From: Candidatus Poribacteria bacterium
Lineage (GTDB): Bacteria > Poribacteria > WGA-4E > WGA-3G
Direction: 5' to 3'
Length of the DNA: 64,000 nucleotides
NCBI GenBank assembly: GCA_964291315.2
Contig: OZ219753.1
Coordinates: 1,728,001-1,792,000 of the forward strand
Of the stretch, positions 41,238 through 51,323 are shown piece by piece. The position numbers and the translations under genes are program-made. The notes below the pieces were generated by a model. It saw nothing but the letters and a program-made list of their open reading frames with translations. It made no database searches and was not told the origin of the DNA. The number at the start of each line of letters is the position of its first letter. Position 1 is the first letter of the stretch.

Positions 41238-42341
41238 ATGCAGTATCAATGCGTTAAATGCAACAACACATATCAAATTTCACCGATGCGCTACTGCTGT
41301 GATTGCGGCAACGCGCTCAATTTGGTCAGAAATCCGTATGTCTGCCCGAATCCACAGGACCCAGGAGCAACGTCGCTTTGGCTATACCGCGAAGCACTAC
41401 CGATTGATGCTGAAACTGCGATTGTCACCCTCGGTGAAGGTATGACCCCTCTAATTCCACTCGATGCTGATAGCCCCGAACATCTCGTGAAACTGGACTA
41501 TCTCTGTCCAACAGGATCCTACAAAGACCGAGGGGCAGCTGTCCTACTCACACATCTCAAGTCGCTCGGAGTCAAGACAGTTGTCGAAGATTCCTCCGGC
41601 AACGCCGGAGCAGCGATTGCAGCGTATAGCGCGAGAGCCGGGATCCGTTGCACCATCTACTGTCCAGAATCCACTTCAAAACGGAAATTGCAGCAAATTT
41701 CTGCTTACGGTGCCGAGCTAAAACTCGTGAAGGGAAACCGCAGGGCAACAACAGAAGCCGTAAAACTCGCAGCAACCTCTGTCTGCTACGCCTCTCACAA
41801 TTGGCACCCCTTTTTCTTGGAAGGCACAAAAACGCTTGCGTACGAAATCTTTGAACAACTCGGGCGGCGTACACCGACACACGTCATCTGTCCCGTCGGA
41901 TTCGGAAGTATCTACCTGGGACTCTTCATCGGATTTCGGGAATTACAGACACAACGGATCATCGACAACATACCTCGACTGCTCGGGGTTCAACCCGATG
42001 TCTGCTGCCCCATCTACAACGCTTACCTTCAAAACGCAGCCGCTGTCTCAAGAATGAAACAGACAGATAACACGCTTGCTGAAGGCATAACCGCGGAACT
42101 CCCCATCCGAGGTGAGCTGATTTTGGAGGCACTCCGTTCCACAAACGGGGCCTTTACGACAGTTGAGAACGCACATATCAAATTGGGCATGAAAACACTT
42201 GCAACCAAGGGGATTTATGTCGAACCTACATCGGCTGTAGTTGTCAAAGCATATCAACAATTTCAACAGGCAAATATCATCCAAAAAGGGGACCTGACCG
42301 TCTCGATTCTCACCGGCACCGGTTTGAAGACGAGCAAATAG
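41238..42341 (+). CDS. thrC: Threonine synthase-like PLP enzyme
   Basis: CxxC N-terminus, LGEGMTP, PTGSYKDRG, SSGNAG, EGTKT, EPTSA, TGTGLK. Confidence 0.8.
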   Translation: MQYQCVKCNNTYQISPMRYCCDCGNALNLVRNPYVCPNPQDPGATSLWLYREALPIDAETAIVTLGEGMTPLIPLDADSPEHLVKLDYLCPTGSYKDRGAAVLLTHLKSLGVKTVVEDSSGNAGAAIAAYSARAGIRCTIYCPESTSKRKLQQISAYGAELKLVKGNRRATTEAVKLAATSVCYASHNWHPFFLEGTKTLAYEIFEQLGRRTPTHVICPVGFGSIYLGLFIGFRELQTQRIIDNIPRLLGVQPDVCCPIYNAYLQNAAAVSRMKQTDNTLAEGITAELPIRGELILEALRSTNGAFTTVENAHIKLGMKTLATKGIYVEPTSAVVVKAYQQFQQANIIQKGDLTVSILTGTGLKTSK

Positions 42342-42552
42342 AAGCCACATGTCGCTAACGTATCGGCACGATTTAAGCAGCATAGATCAAATGAAACACG
42401 TAATCATCACAAGGCATCTACAGAAGCACTTCTGGCTGCCGCTTACATCTTAAATCTTCAAAAATAGATGAAAACCGAACGACTTTATTCGCTTTTTTAT
42501 TCTTAAAAATACCTTAACTACCACAAGCGCTGAGGACGAATAAAAACAAAAC

Positions 42553-43887
42553 ATGAAAATAGTAAAGAAAGATAGATCTGATTTCATCCGGCTCATCACA
42601 GTGTGCGCCTTCATTCTGCTATTTATTGTCGTAATCGGCGCTCTCCGCGCACGAAATCGCCCACTTTTCGGAATCGGGACCCTTACTCATGAAGCCGCAG
42701 AGACACTCCCTGACACTGTCAAACGACGCGATGAACTCCAGCGTGAGCAATGGCACAACGGTTTCCGACTGCTCCGCTACTGGTGGACAGGCGGGGCAGC
42801 TGTCTACGTCGCAGAGATGGACCGCACGGCCGAAAACCTTCAATTCGATGTGGCACTCGCCAATAACCAAATATTAGGACGGGAAACTATCACCAGTGCT
42901 ACAAACCGGCTTATGAACAGAGGCATGCTGCCTCTAGCAGGCATCAACGGCAGCTTCGGCATCCGAGGAGACAACCGCGGACGAGGCGGCATGATCTTTA
43001 ACCTGCATATCCAAAAAGGGGAACTTGTCAGCATTCCAACCTATCTCGATAGATGGGGCTATTCGCCACCTTCTCCATGGGGGGAAACCAGCTTCGGCGT
43101 AACGCCAAACGGAGAATTCCTTATGGACAGAGTCAAGTTAAACGGGCAACTCCGTATAGAGAAGCCAAACGCCCATACACTCCACATTAACGCGGTTAAC
43201 CAAATTTGTGACGCCTTGTGCCCCGTAGTTGTCTTCACTCCACGCTTTGGACAAAGAACTTTAACCCGCCGCTGCTATGAATTCACACTGAGACAGATCC
43301 ACCTCCCACTGACAGGAAAATACAAAAGTAGATTCGTCGTAACCGCTGTGAACCCGCACGGCAATAGCCCTATCCCAAATGACGGGGTCGTCATCGCGAT
43401 TGAACCACGCTCAGCGCGCGACTGGGAAAATAAGATCACCAAATCCACAGCAGGCACACTAGAAATTGCACTGATGCCCCAAAAATGGCAGCACGTCCAG
43501 CAAGGACTCGGCGGCAACCTACGACTCGTCCGAGACGGGAAAGTGGAACCCGAACTCATCGCATTTGGCCAGTCGAGGGGCGGCAGCGCACACAGACACC
43601 GGAACGGGGCAGCTCAGCATCCACGCAGCGCCTTAGGATTTAACGACGAAAAACTCTTTTTAATCGCTATCGACGGTAGACAGCCCGGATACAGCATGGG
43701 GATGCCCCTCTATCACATGGGAAAGTTTTTCAGCGAAATTGGAATCAAACACGCCATAAATCTCGACGGCGGGAGCTCCTCAACGCTATGGGCATTCGGA
43801 AAAGTCGCAAACAGCCCCGCACACGGATATGAACGCCGCATCTTCAACGTCGCAATGATCCGCACCAAAGACACACAAGCACAATGA
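42553..43887 (+). CDS. Phosphodiester glycosidase (NAGPA-like) family protein
   Basis: GINGSF, HPRSALG, IDGRQPGYS.G, AINLDGGSS. Confidence 0.85.
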   Translation: MKIVKKDRSDFIRLITVCAFILLFIVVIGALRARNRPLFGIGTLTHEAAETLPDTVKRRDELQREQWHNGFRLLRYWWTGGAAVYVAEMDRTAENLQFDVALANNQILGRETITSATNRLMNRGMLPLAGINGSFGIRGDNRGRGGMIFNLHIQKGELVSIPTYLDRWGYSPPSPWGETSFGVTPNGEFLMDRVKLNGQLRIEKPNAHTLHINAVNQICDALCPVVVFTPRFGQRTLTRRCYEFTLRQIHLPLTGKYKSRFVVTAVNPHGNSPIPNDGVVIAIEPRSARDWENKITKSTAGTLEIALMPQKWQHVQQGLGGNLRLVRDGKVEPELIAFGQSRGGSAHRHRNGAAQHPRSALGFNDEKLFLIAIDGRQPGYSMGMPLYHMGKFFSEIGIKHAINLDGGSSSTLWAFGKVANSPAHGYERRIFNVAMIRTKDTQAQ

Positions 43888-44282
43888 AACTACAACCCTA
43901 CCTCCTCCTATTCGTACTCCTGCTGCTAGCATGCCCTGACAGAAATACACCGCGGGCAGTCAGTGAAGATTTTATCTTTAACTACTACCAACACGCCGAT
44001 CAGAAGGCAGCATTACAGATCAGCCATGGACTTGCCGAAGAAAAATTGGAAAAAGAAATCGTACGAGTACGAGAAGTTCGCCGACCAGGGGACCAGATCG
44101 ACGCAATGCCAAAAATGGAATATGAGCTCGTCGGGAAAGAAGAAGGGGCAACAAACGTGCTATTCAACTATAAACTGACCATCAAAAACCGAGCTGGAAC
44201 TACAACCCACACCCGAAACATCGTTGTTAACACCGAGCAGATCGGGCACCAATGGAAAGTCATTAACTTTGATGAATACTAA
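43884..44282 (+). CDS. Hypothetical lipoprotein
   Basis: Lipobox LLA-C; ATGA overlap with the upstream gene. Confidence 0.75.
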   Translation: MKLQPYLLLFVLLLLACPDRNTPRAVSEDFIFNYYQHADQKAALQISHGLAEEKLEKEIVRVREVRRPGDQIDAMPKMEYELVGKEEGATNVLFNYKLTIKNRAGTTTHTRNIVVNTEQIGHQWKVINFDEY

Positions 44283-44310
44283 GAATCGCCAGATAGCAAT
44301 CGAACGCTTA

Positions 44311-44388
44311 TAAGACCTACGCAGGATGGTCCTCCATTGTGTCCCAACCCGTTGCGTTGTGTATCCGCTCAACACTGCGTAAGTCCTA
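44311..44388. mobile_element. 78-bp MITE-like element
   Basis: TAAGACCTACGCAG ... CTGCGTAAGTCCTA, 12/14 inverted match. Confidence 0.55.
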
Positions 44389-44413
44389 ACCTATGCAAAA
44401 AGGGGGAAATACT

Positions 44414-45517
44414 ATGAAAACAGGAAAAGTTGCCGTCTTTACACAAGCACAAGCCCCGATGGAATTTCGCGAATATCCGATCCCATCGGTCACTGCAGAC
44501 GATATCCTCGTCCGAATCCGCATGGCAAACATTTGCGGATCCGATCTGCACTTCTGGCGTGGACACGGCCCCAAAGTCAAGAGCGGTATCCCCCAAGTTC
44601 TCGGACACGAAATGATCGGCACAATCGAAGCAATGGGACGCAACATTTCAACAGACAGCACAGGCCAACCGCTAAACGAAGGAGACCGCCTCGCCTACTC
44701 CTATTTCAAACCGTGCCAACATTGCTGGATGTGCCTCAACGGAAAACCGGGATGCCCGAACCGCTACCGAGACTGGCTCGGCGTTTCCAGCGAACAACCC
44801 CCGCACTTTCACGGGGCTTACGGCGAATATTACTACATGCAACCAGGACACTGGGTTTTCAAGGTACCCGATCAACTTCCAGACACCCTCGTATCTCCAA
44901 TCAACTGCGCCTTGTCCGAAGTCATTTACGGACTCAACCAGATCGGTATCACGCTCGGCGATACTGTGGTTATCCAAGGCGCAGGTGGACTTGGACTCTA
45001 CGCCACTGCCGTCGCTAGAGAAATGGGGGCAGGCAAAATCATCGTCCTCGACCGGCTACACGCACGCCTCACACTCGCCCGCGAATTTGGCGCAGACGAA
45101 ACACTCAATGTCGATGAAACCGACATGAAGTCCCGTGTCCAATATGTTCTTGAACAGACAGGCGGCAACGGGGCAGACCTCGTCGCCGAATTTGTCGGAT
45201 CCCCACGCGTCCTCACCGAAGGAATCAAAATGCTCCGATACGGCGGACGCTACTTGTGGATCGGGAACATCAACCTCGGATTCCCAACTGAAATTGACCC
45301 GGGAAACATCGTCCGATGTAGCAAGGCAATCCGCGGCGTGATCGTCTACGAACCGTGGGTCATTCCGCGCGCACTCGATTTTCTAAACCGAACCCAACAC
45401 AAATACCCCTTTCAAAAAATTATCTCCCATACCTTCCCGTTTAGCAATATTAACGAAGCCTTCGCTTACGCAGACAGCGGTGAAGCAATCCGAATCGGAC
45501 TAGATTTTGAAGTATAA
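44414..45517 (+). CDS. Zinc-dependent alcohol dehydrogenase
   Basis: ICGSDLH, LGHE, CxxCxxC...C, QGAGGLG. Confidence 0.92.
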   Translation: MKTGKVAVFTQAQAPMEFREYPIPSVTADDILVRIRMANICGSDLHFWRGHGPKVKSGIPQVLGHEMIGTIEAMGRNISTDSTGQPLNEGDRLAYSYFKPCQHCWMCLNGKPGCPNRYRDWLGVSSEQPPHFHGAYGEYYYMQPGHWVFKVPDQLPDTLVSPINCALSEVIYGLNQIGITLGDTVVIQGAGGLGLYATAVAREMGAGKIIVLDRLHARLTLAREFGADETLNVDETDMKSRVQYVLEQTGGNGADLVAEFVGSPRVLTEGIKMLRYGGRYLWIGNINLGFPTEIDPGNIVRCSKAIRGVIVYEPWVIPRALDFLNRTQHKYPFQKIISHTFPFSNINEAFAYADSGEAIRIGLDFEV

Positions 45518-46643
45518 AACCCCGGCTTCTGCCTACATCCATATCCCTTTTTGCACGACAAAGTGCCATTACTGCATCTTCAATACATATACTTTCCATG
45601 AAAAACAAGCCAAAACCTACCTACAAGCACTTCAAACGGAGATGGAACTCTACGCCTCAGAAACCGACACGCTACAAACCCTATTTATCGGCGGCGGGAC
45701 CCCTTCCATCCTCTCTGTAAACGCCCTCGCACAACTACTTGCGGATATACACAGGCACTTTACTATATCCGCAGACGCTGAAATCACCGTTGAATGTAAC
45801 CCAGAAACGCTCGACGCTGAAAAACTTAAGATCATGAAGCACAACGGCGTGAATCGCCTCAGCCTCGGTTTACAAGCAATGCAAGACGAAACACTGAAGC
45901 AGTTAGGGAGAACCCATACAGTCCCAGAATTCCTACAGAGCTATCGCCTCGCCCGCAAACACAACTTTAAAAATATCAACATAGATCTCATCTTCGCGCT
46001 TCCCAAACAGACCATGCAAACATGGCGCTATACCCTAAACGAGGTCATCTCACTCGAACCAGAACATATTTCAACCTATAACCTCGTAATAGAGGAAGCA
46101 ACTCCGTTTTATGAACAGTTGCAAGCAGGAGAACTACCTCTCCCCTCCGAGGACACCGAAGCCGATATGTTCCACTACGCCATTGAGACACTGACCGCAC
46201 AAGGATACACACATTATGAGATATGCAGCTTCGCCAAAAACAATCACTTTGCCAAACACACATTGGTCTATTGGAATAATCAACCTGCCATAGGACTTGG
46301 CGCCGGCGCGTCTGGATATGTCAACGGAGTACGTTATACCAATATCCACGATATAAACCCCTATATCGAGGCACTCCGACAAGGCAACAAGCCAATTCTT
46401 GAAACAGAACGCCTGAACAGACACGCTGAAAAGGCTGAAACCCTCATGCTTGCACTTCGGAAACGAAAAGGCATAGCGCTTGAAAACTATCAACACCGTT
46501 TTGGAGAAAAGATCGAAGTCGCCTTTGGAAAAACACTCAACAAATGGATCCGTTCCGGACTGTTAGAGCAGACCGATACGCACTTGAGACTCACCGATCG
46601 CGGGCTCTTTCTCGCAAACGAGGTCTTTGTGGAATTAATATAG
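45507..46643 (+). CDS. hemW: Radical SAM heme chaperone HemW (HemN-like)
   Basis: YIHIPFCTTKCHYC, GGGTPS, ECNP, HYEI, YW. Confidence 0.88.
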   Translation: MKYKTPASAYIHIPFCTTKCHYCIFNTYTFHEKQAKTYLQALQTEMELYASETDTLQTLFIGGGTPSILSVNALAQLLADIHRHFTISADAEITVECNPETLDAEKLKIMKHNGVNRLSLGLQAMQDETLKQLGRTHTVPEFLQSYRLARKHNFKNINIDLIFALPKQTMQTWRYTLNEVISLEPEHISTYNLVIEEATPFYEQLQAGELPLPSEDTEADMFHYAIETLTAQGYTHYEICSFAKNNHFAKHTLVYWNNQPAIGLGAGASGYVNGVRYTNIHDINPYIEALRQGNKPILETERLNRHAEKAETLMLALRKRKGIALENYQHRFGEKIEVAFGKTLNKWIRSGLLEQTDTHLRLTDRGLFLANEVFVELI

Positions 46644-46656
46644 GCACCAAAGGCAA

Positions 46657-46903
46657 CATAAAATTGTTTTGACATATCATCATAAATCTCGTAGCATAGA
46701 CGGTTCAGTCTGTGCCTACGTTGCCTCTGTTGTAGCATAGACGGTTCAGTCTGTGCCTATGGCACATAGTTTCTTGTTAGCAGGCAGTATAACCAGCATA
46801 AAATTGTTTTGACATATCATCATAAATCTCGTAGCATAGACTGTCGGTTTCTTGTGCCAGATAGGTTTCGAAACCTCAGCACAACCTAACAGTCTATCCC
46901 ACA
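46657..46903. repeat. Cluster of GTAG-type REP-like palindromes with a 45-bp direct duplication
   Basis: GTAGCATAGACGGTTCAGTCTGTGCCTA at 46691 and 46732, variant at 46831, inverted copy at 46879-46903; 46657-46701 is identical to 46797-46841. Confidence 0.85.
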
Positions 46904-46927
46904 AGTGGCCGACAACTAACAGCCAAC

Positions 46928-47689
46928 ATGCGAAACATCAAACTCGTCATTGAATACGACGGCACCAACTACCACGGATGGCAGACACAACCAAACCTGC
47001 CCACAATTCAAGCCACAATTGAGGACACCTTGGCGAAACTAACCAAAACACCCATACACATCATCGGCGCAGGAAGAACCGACACCGGTGTCCACGCCGA
47101 GGGACAAGTCGCCAATTTCTGGACAGACTCACAGATGCCCGTGACCGCATTTCAGAAAGCACTTAACGCCACTTTACCGCGGGATATCGTCATCTGTCGC
47201 GCGACAGAAGCCCCCGCTGCACTCCACGCCCGATTCAGCGCAACACGCCGACGCTACCGGTATACTATCCTGAACAGAGAATACCCCAGCGCACTCTCAC
47301 GCCAGAGATGTTACTTTTTGCCCACAAAAATTGACGCACAGCGGGCACATCAACTCTCCCAAACGCTGCGGGGCAAACACGACTTTTCCTCTTTCCAAAA
47401 GACCGGAAGCAATCGGACAAACCCCATCTGTGAAATCTACGAAGTCGCCTGCCGGAAGGAAGGCGAATACATCTATTTTGACATCGAAGCCGATGCATTT
47501 CTCCGAGGAATGGTGCGCGCAATTGTCGGCACTCTCTTAAAATGTATCAAACGCAGCAACCCCGACGCACACCTCCACCAAATCCTAGCAGCCAAAGACA
47601 GAGCCGCAGCCGGAACTTCTGTCCCCGCACACGGACTCTCACTTATTCGAGTGGAATACAAAAACGCAGCAACCCTTCCAAATACATAA
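46928..47689 (+). CDS. truA: tRNA pseudouridine(38-40) synthase
   Basis: EYDGTNYHGWQ, AGRTDTGVHA, HARFSA, FLRGMVR. Confidence 0.95.
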   Translation: MRNIKLVIEYDGTNYHGWQTQPNLPTIQATIEDTLAKLTKTPIHIIGAGRTDTGVHAEGQVANFWTDSQMPVTAFQKALNATLPRDIVICRATEAPAALHARFSATRRRYRYTILNREYPSALSRQRCYFLPTKIDAQRAHQLSQTLRGKHDFSSFQKTGSNRTNPICEIYEVACRKEGEYIYFDIEADAFLRGMVRAIVGTLLKCIKRSNPDAHLHQILAAKDRAAAGTSVPAHGLSLIRVEYKNAATLPNT

Positions 47690-47699
47690 GGAGCCCCGC

Positions 47700-48713
47700 A
47701 TGAATTATGCCCAAGTCTTAAGTGAATTGGAAACGTTAGTTAATGAAACCTTCGCGCTCTGGGAACACAACCGGATCGGCTTCCAGTGGCAACACTACAC
47801 ATGGAACCACTCAATGCGGGTGCGCGCCATGGGCATGGCCCTCGGTAAACGTGAAGGCGGCGATGTCCAACTGCTTGAAGTCGCCGGCACCCTACACGAT
47901 ATCACCAAACGTTACGACGGCGCTATCTTAACCGACGACAACGGGCAACGGATCCTAGACCCTAACGGATTCTGGCTAAACGAAACCCTCACCCCCACCG
48001 GTCAGAACATCGTTACGCAACTTTACGATAAACACCAGCTCCACGGTAAGGTCCATCACGAATCCGGAGCAGTCATTACTGAAAAGATTTTGGAAATGTA
48101 CGACTTCGAACCCGATTTCGTACAGGCCGCAACCGCGGTCGTCCTAGCACATCTAAAACCCACGAATCTCACCGCAGAAAACTTTAAAATGCTCTATAAC
48201 CGAATCGAAAACCAGATCCTCTATGATGCTGATACCATGGACCCTAACGTCGGTTACACAGCCTTCTTCCGGAATGTCCACATACATTCATATTTCGCAC
48301 GCCAACGCGGAAATTTTGACCTGGAAGACTACGTGCGCAACCTGCCACGCTGGATTAACTCCAAGCAGGAATTCGTTGATAAACTCTTAACCGAAGCCGC
48401 TCGCGAAGTCGCCCAAGCCCGACAAGACAGAAATCAACACCTCTTCTTGCAAATGGTAGATGAATTAGACGACATGGAGATAAACCGTACATACGGGTTG
48501 TTGGGCGTGATTGAGTATTTCGTCAGTGTAACCGAAGACCCGCACTTCCTGAATCAACTTGACCATCTGCAGAACGAATGGCTGCCGCAGCGGAAACAGT
48601 GGCTAGCTGAGGAGGAACATGACACATCAACGCGCGATCGCGCCCAAGCCGCCATCAATCGCGTCCACGATTTCCTGAATCTCCTAACCCGCGAAAGTAA
48701 GGGCGAAATTTAA
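47700..48713 (+). CDS. HD-domain protein
   Basis: WNHSMRV, LHDITK, VHHESG, LAHL, DADTMD metal ligands. Confidence 0.8.
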   Translation: MNYAQVLSELETLVNETFALWEHNRIGFQWQHYTWNHSMRVRAMGMALGKREGGDVQLLEVAGTLHDITKRYDGAILTDDNGQRILDPNGFWLNETLTPTGQNIVTQLYDKHQLHGKVHHESGAVITEKILEMYDFEPDFVQAATAVVLAHLKPTNLTAENFKMLYNRIENQILYDADTMDPNVGYTAFFRNVHIHSYFARQRGNFDLEDYVRNLPRWINSKQEFVDKLLTEAAREVAQARQDRNQHLFLQMVDELDDMEINRTYGLLGVIEYFVSVTEDPHFLNQLDHLQNEWLPQRKQWLAEEEHDTSTRDRAQAAINRVHDFLNLLTRESKGEI

Positions 48714-48741
48714 GGCATCACCTAACGAGAAGGAACTTATT

Positions 48742-49623
48742 ATGAACACCCCAACGGCAGACACACGTGACAAACATGACAAACCGATAGCCCCGCCGCA
48801 AATCCCATATCCGCCCGAGCTCTATCGCTTCGACACGACCACCCACGGAATTTCCGGCGGGTTCCCCGCTGTTACCGCGACAGAGATAGAATACTTTCAT
48901 CAGCACGGCTACCTCGTCATCAACGACGCCTTTACCCGCAGCGAAGTCGAAGAGGCGTTGGCCGGTATGACGCACCTCATGGATGGAGCGTGCCCCAACT
49001 TCCGGGCAATCCAATTTGAACCGACACTCGTCAAGCACAAAGACGAAATGCAGGGCGAAGAACGCCTTAACGCCATTAGAAAAATATTTCGCTTTGTGGA
49101 TCACGAACCGCGTTTAAACGCGATGGCAACGCATTCGGGGCTCCTCGGCGTTCTTGAACAAATGATGGGCGACACGCCTCAGCTCTTTCAAGATATGGCA
49201 CTCGTCAAACCACCCCGCCACGGGTCAGAAAAACCATGGCATCAAGACTGCGCCTACTTCAACTTTCCAAAAGATACAACGGTCGTCGGCGTATGGATCG
49301 CCTTAGACGCAGCCACGCCCGAAAATGGATGCCTGCACATCATACCGGGGTCACATATTGAGGGACCGATGATCCATTTCAAACGACGCGACTGGCAGAT
49401 ATGCGATACAGACGTGCCAGTCGCACGCGATACGATGGTGCCTCTTAAGCCGGGCGGCTGTCTCTTCTGGCACGGACTCACCCATCATGGAAGTCCCGCC
49501 AACCAATCAGAGCAACCGCGGCGCGCCCTACAATTCCACTATAAACCGATAAATTCTGGAGAAATTACCACGCAAGAACGCATGGCCATCTACGGAAGTG
49601 AAGGGAAAGAGGTAGACTGCTAA
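48742..49623 (+). CDS. Phytanoyl-CoA dioxygenase (PhyH) family protein
   Basis: KPWHQD, VWIALD, ENGCL.IIPGSH, HGSPAN...RR. Confidence 0.92.
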   Translation: MNTPTADTRDKHDKPIAPPQIPYPPELYRFDTTTHGISGGFPAVTATEIEYFHQHGYLVINDAFTRSEVEEALAGMTHLMDGACPNFRAIQFEPTLVKHKDEMQGEERLNAIRKIFRFVDHEPRLNAMATHSGLLGVLEQMMGDTPQLFQDMALVKPPRHGSEKPWHQDCAYFNFPKDTTVVGVWIALDAATPENGCLHIIPGSHIEGPMIHFKRRDWQICDTDVPVARDTMVPLKPGGCLFWHGLTHHGSPANQSEQPRRALQFHYKPINSGEITTQERMAIYGSEGKEVDC

Positions 49624-49733
49624 GAAAAGAATCTGCTTGTCCGAGCAAACCGCGCGCCGTAACGCACTTCAATCAACCGCCTGCCCCACTTTTAAAGGAC
49701 AAGCAGAAAACATAAAAAGGTAGGAGATATTTC

Positions 49734-51266
49734 ATGAAAAGACACTTAATTAGGGTTATCTGTTTTATTCTCTTCTGCATCGTAGCACTTTCACCAACAC
49801 TGGCACAGCAACTAGAAGTGCCTATACCTGACGCGAAACTCGCTTCGGCAATCCGACAAGAGATCGGCAATTCAATCACAACGCACACATTGCTAAATCT
49901 AACACGTCTTGAAGCCTCCAGTCGCGAGATAAGAGATCTCAGCGGACTAGAACACGCCCACAATCTCAAGACCCTGAACCTGGCAGGCAACAAAATCACG
50001 GACATATCGCCGCTCACAAACCTTACACAACTCAACTACCTATTCCTTAATCATAACGCTATTACGGATGTATTCCCGCTCACAAATCTCACACAACTTA
50101 ATGGACTGTCCCTTGAAGCTAACGCCATCACGGATGTATCGCCCCTCACAAATCTCACACAACTCAAATATCTATTCCTTAATCGTAACGCTATTACGGA
50201 TGTATTCCCGCTCACAAATCTTATACAACTCGAGACCTTGCACCTGCCGGAAAACGGCATCACGGATGTATTCCCGCTCACAAATCTCACACAACTCACT
50301 GCCTTGTACTTGTCGGACAACGCCATCACGGATATATCCTCACTCACAAATCTTATACAACTCACCCACCTGTATTTGTCGGACAACGCCATCACGGATA
50401 TATCCTCACTCGCAAAACTTACACAACTCACCCACCTTGCCTTGTCGGATAATGACATCACGGATATATCCCCACTCACAAATCTTATACAACTCAAGAT
50501 CCTGAGCCTGGCAGGCAACAAAATCACGGATATATCCCCGCTCATAAATCTTACACAACTCAATCGCCTGGAGCTGTGGGACAATGGCATCACGGATGTA
50601 TTCCCGCTCACAAATCTTACATAACTCACTGCCTTGCGCCTTTGGAGCAACAAGATCACGGATATATCCCCGCTCACAAATCTTACACAACTCACGGAGT
50701 TGTTCCTTGACAATAACGCCATCACGGATGTATCGCCCCTCACAAACCTTACACAACTCAATCGCCTGGGCCTTTGGAGCAACAAGATCTTAGATATGTC
50801 GCCTCTGGTCGATTTGAATCTTTCAGGAACAGACGTGGACAGCACCGGACTCTATATTAAAGACAATCCATTGAACAAAGCATCTGTGCAGACGCATATC
50901 CCCGCTATGCAGGCGAACGGGATTGTGGTCGCGTTTGACACTCCGGCCCAGGCAACACCCGCCCCACTCCGAATAGCGACTCTGCTCCTACCAAACTACC
51001 CCAACCCGTTCAATCCAGAGACCTGGATCCCCTATCAGCTCTCTGAAACTGCCGAGGTAACCTTGCATATCTACACACTGAACGGGGCATTAGTCCGCAC
51101 GTTAGACCTCGGGCATCAACCCGCAGGTCTCTACCAGAGTAAAAGTCGTGCCGCGTATTGGGACGGTAAAAACGAACTCGGTGAACCTGTCCCAAGCGGC
51201 CCCTATTTCTGTACGCTTACCACAGGCAAGCTCACCGCAGCGCGGAAGCTGCTGATACGCAAATAG
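49734..51266 (+). pseudogene. Internalin-like LRR protein with FlgD-Ig/T9SS-like tail, interrupted by an in-frame stop
   Basis: Signal peptide; 13 22-aa repeats; TAA at 50622-50624 where sister repeats have CAA; the downstream ORF is in the same frame and ends LLPNYPNPFNPETWIPYQL...RKLLIRK. Confidence 0.85.
49960..50810 (+). repeat. 66-nt tandem repeat array encoding the LRRs
   Basis: ATCACGGAT.TAT..CC.CTCACAAA.CT.A.ACAACTC recurs every 66 nt. Confidence 0.9.
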
Positions 51267-51288
51267 GCGCTCCGCTACCAAAATCATC

Positions 51289-51317
51289 TGTAGCAGAGAC
51301 GGTCAGTCTGTGCTACA
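51289..51317. repeat. REP-like palindrome between convergent genes
   Basis: TGTAGCAGAGACGGTCAGTCTGTGCTACA, same family as 46691. Confidence 0.75.
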
Positions 51318-51323
51318 TCCGCA

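Noticed and set aside
46657-46903. CRISPR array
   Set aside because: Irregular spacing, mixed orientation, no unique spacers of constant length and no cas genes; fits REP/BIME-like repeats
50622-50624. Genetic code reassignment of TAA
   Set aside because: TAA terminates many intact genes in this window
50051-50845. 264-aa repetitive minus-strand ORF and other alternate-frame ORFs
   Set aside because: Shadows of the 66-nt LRR repeat array
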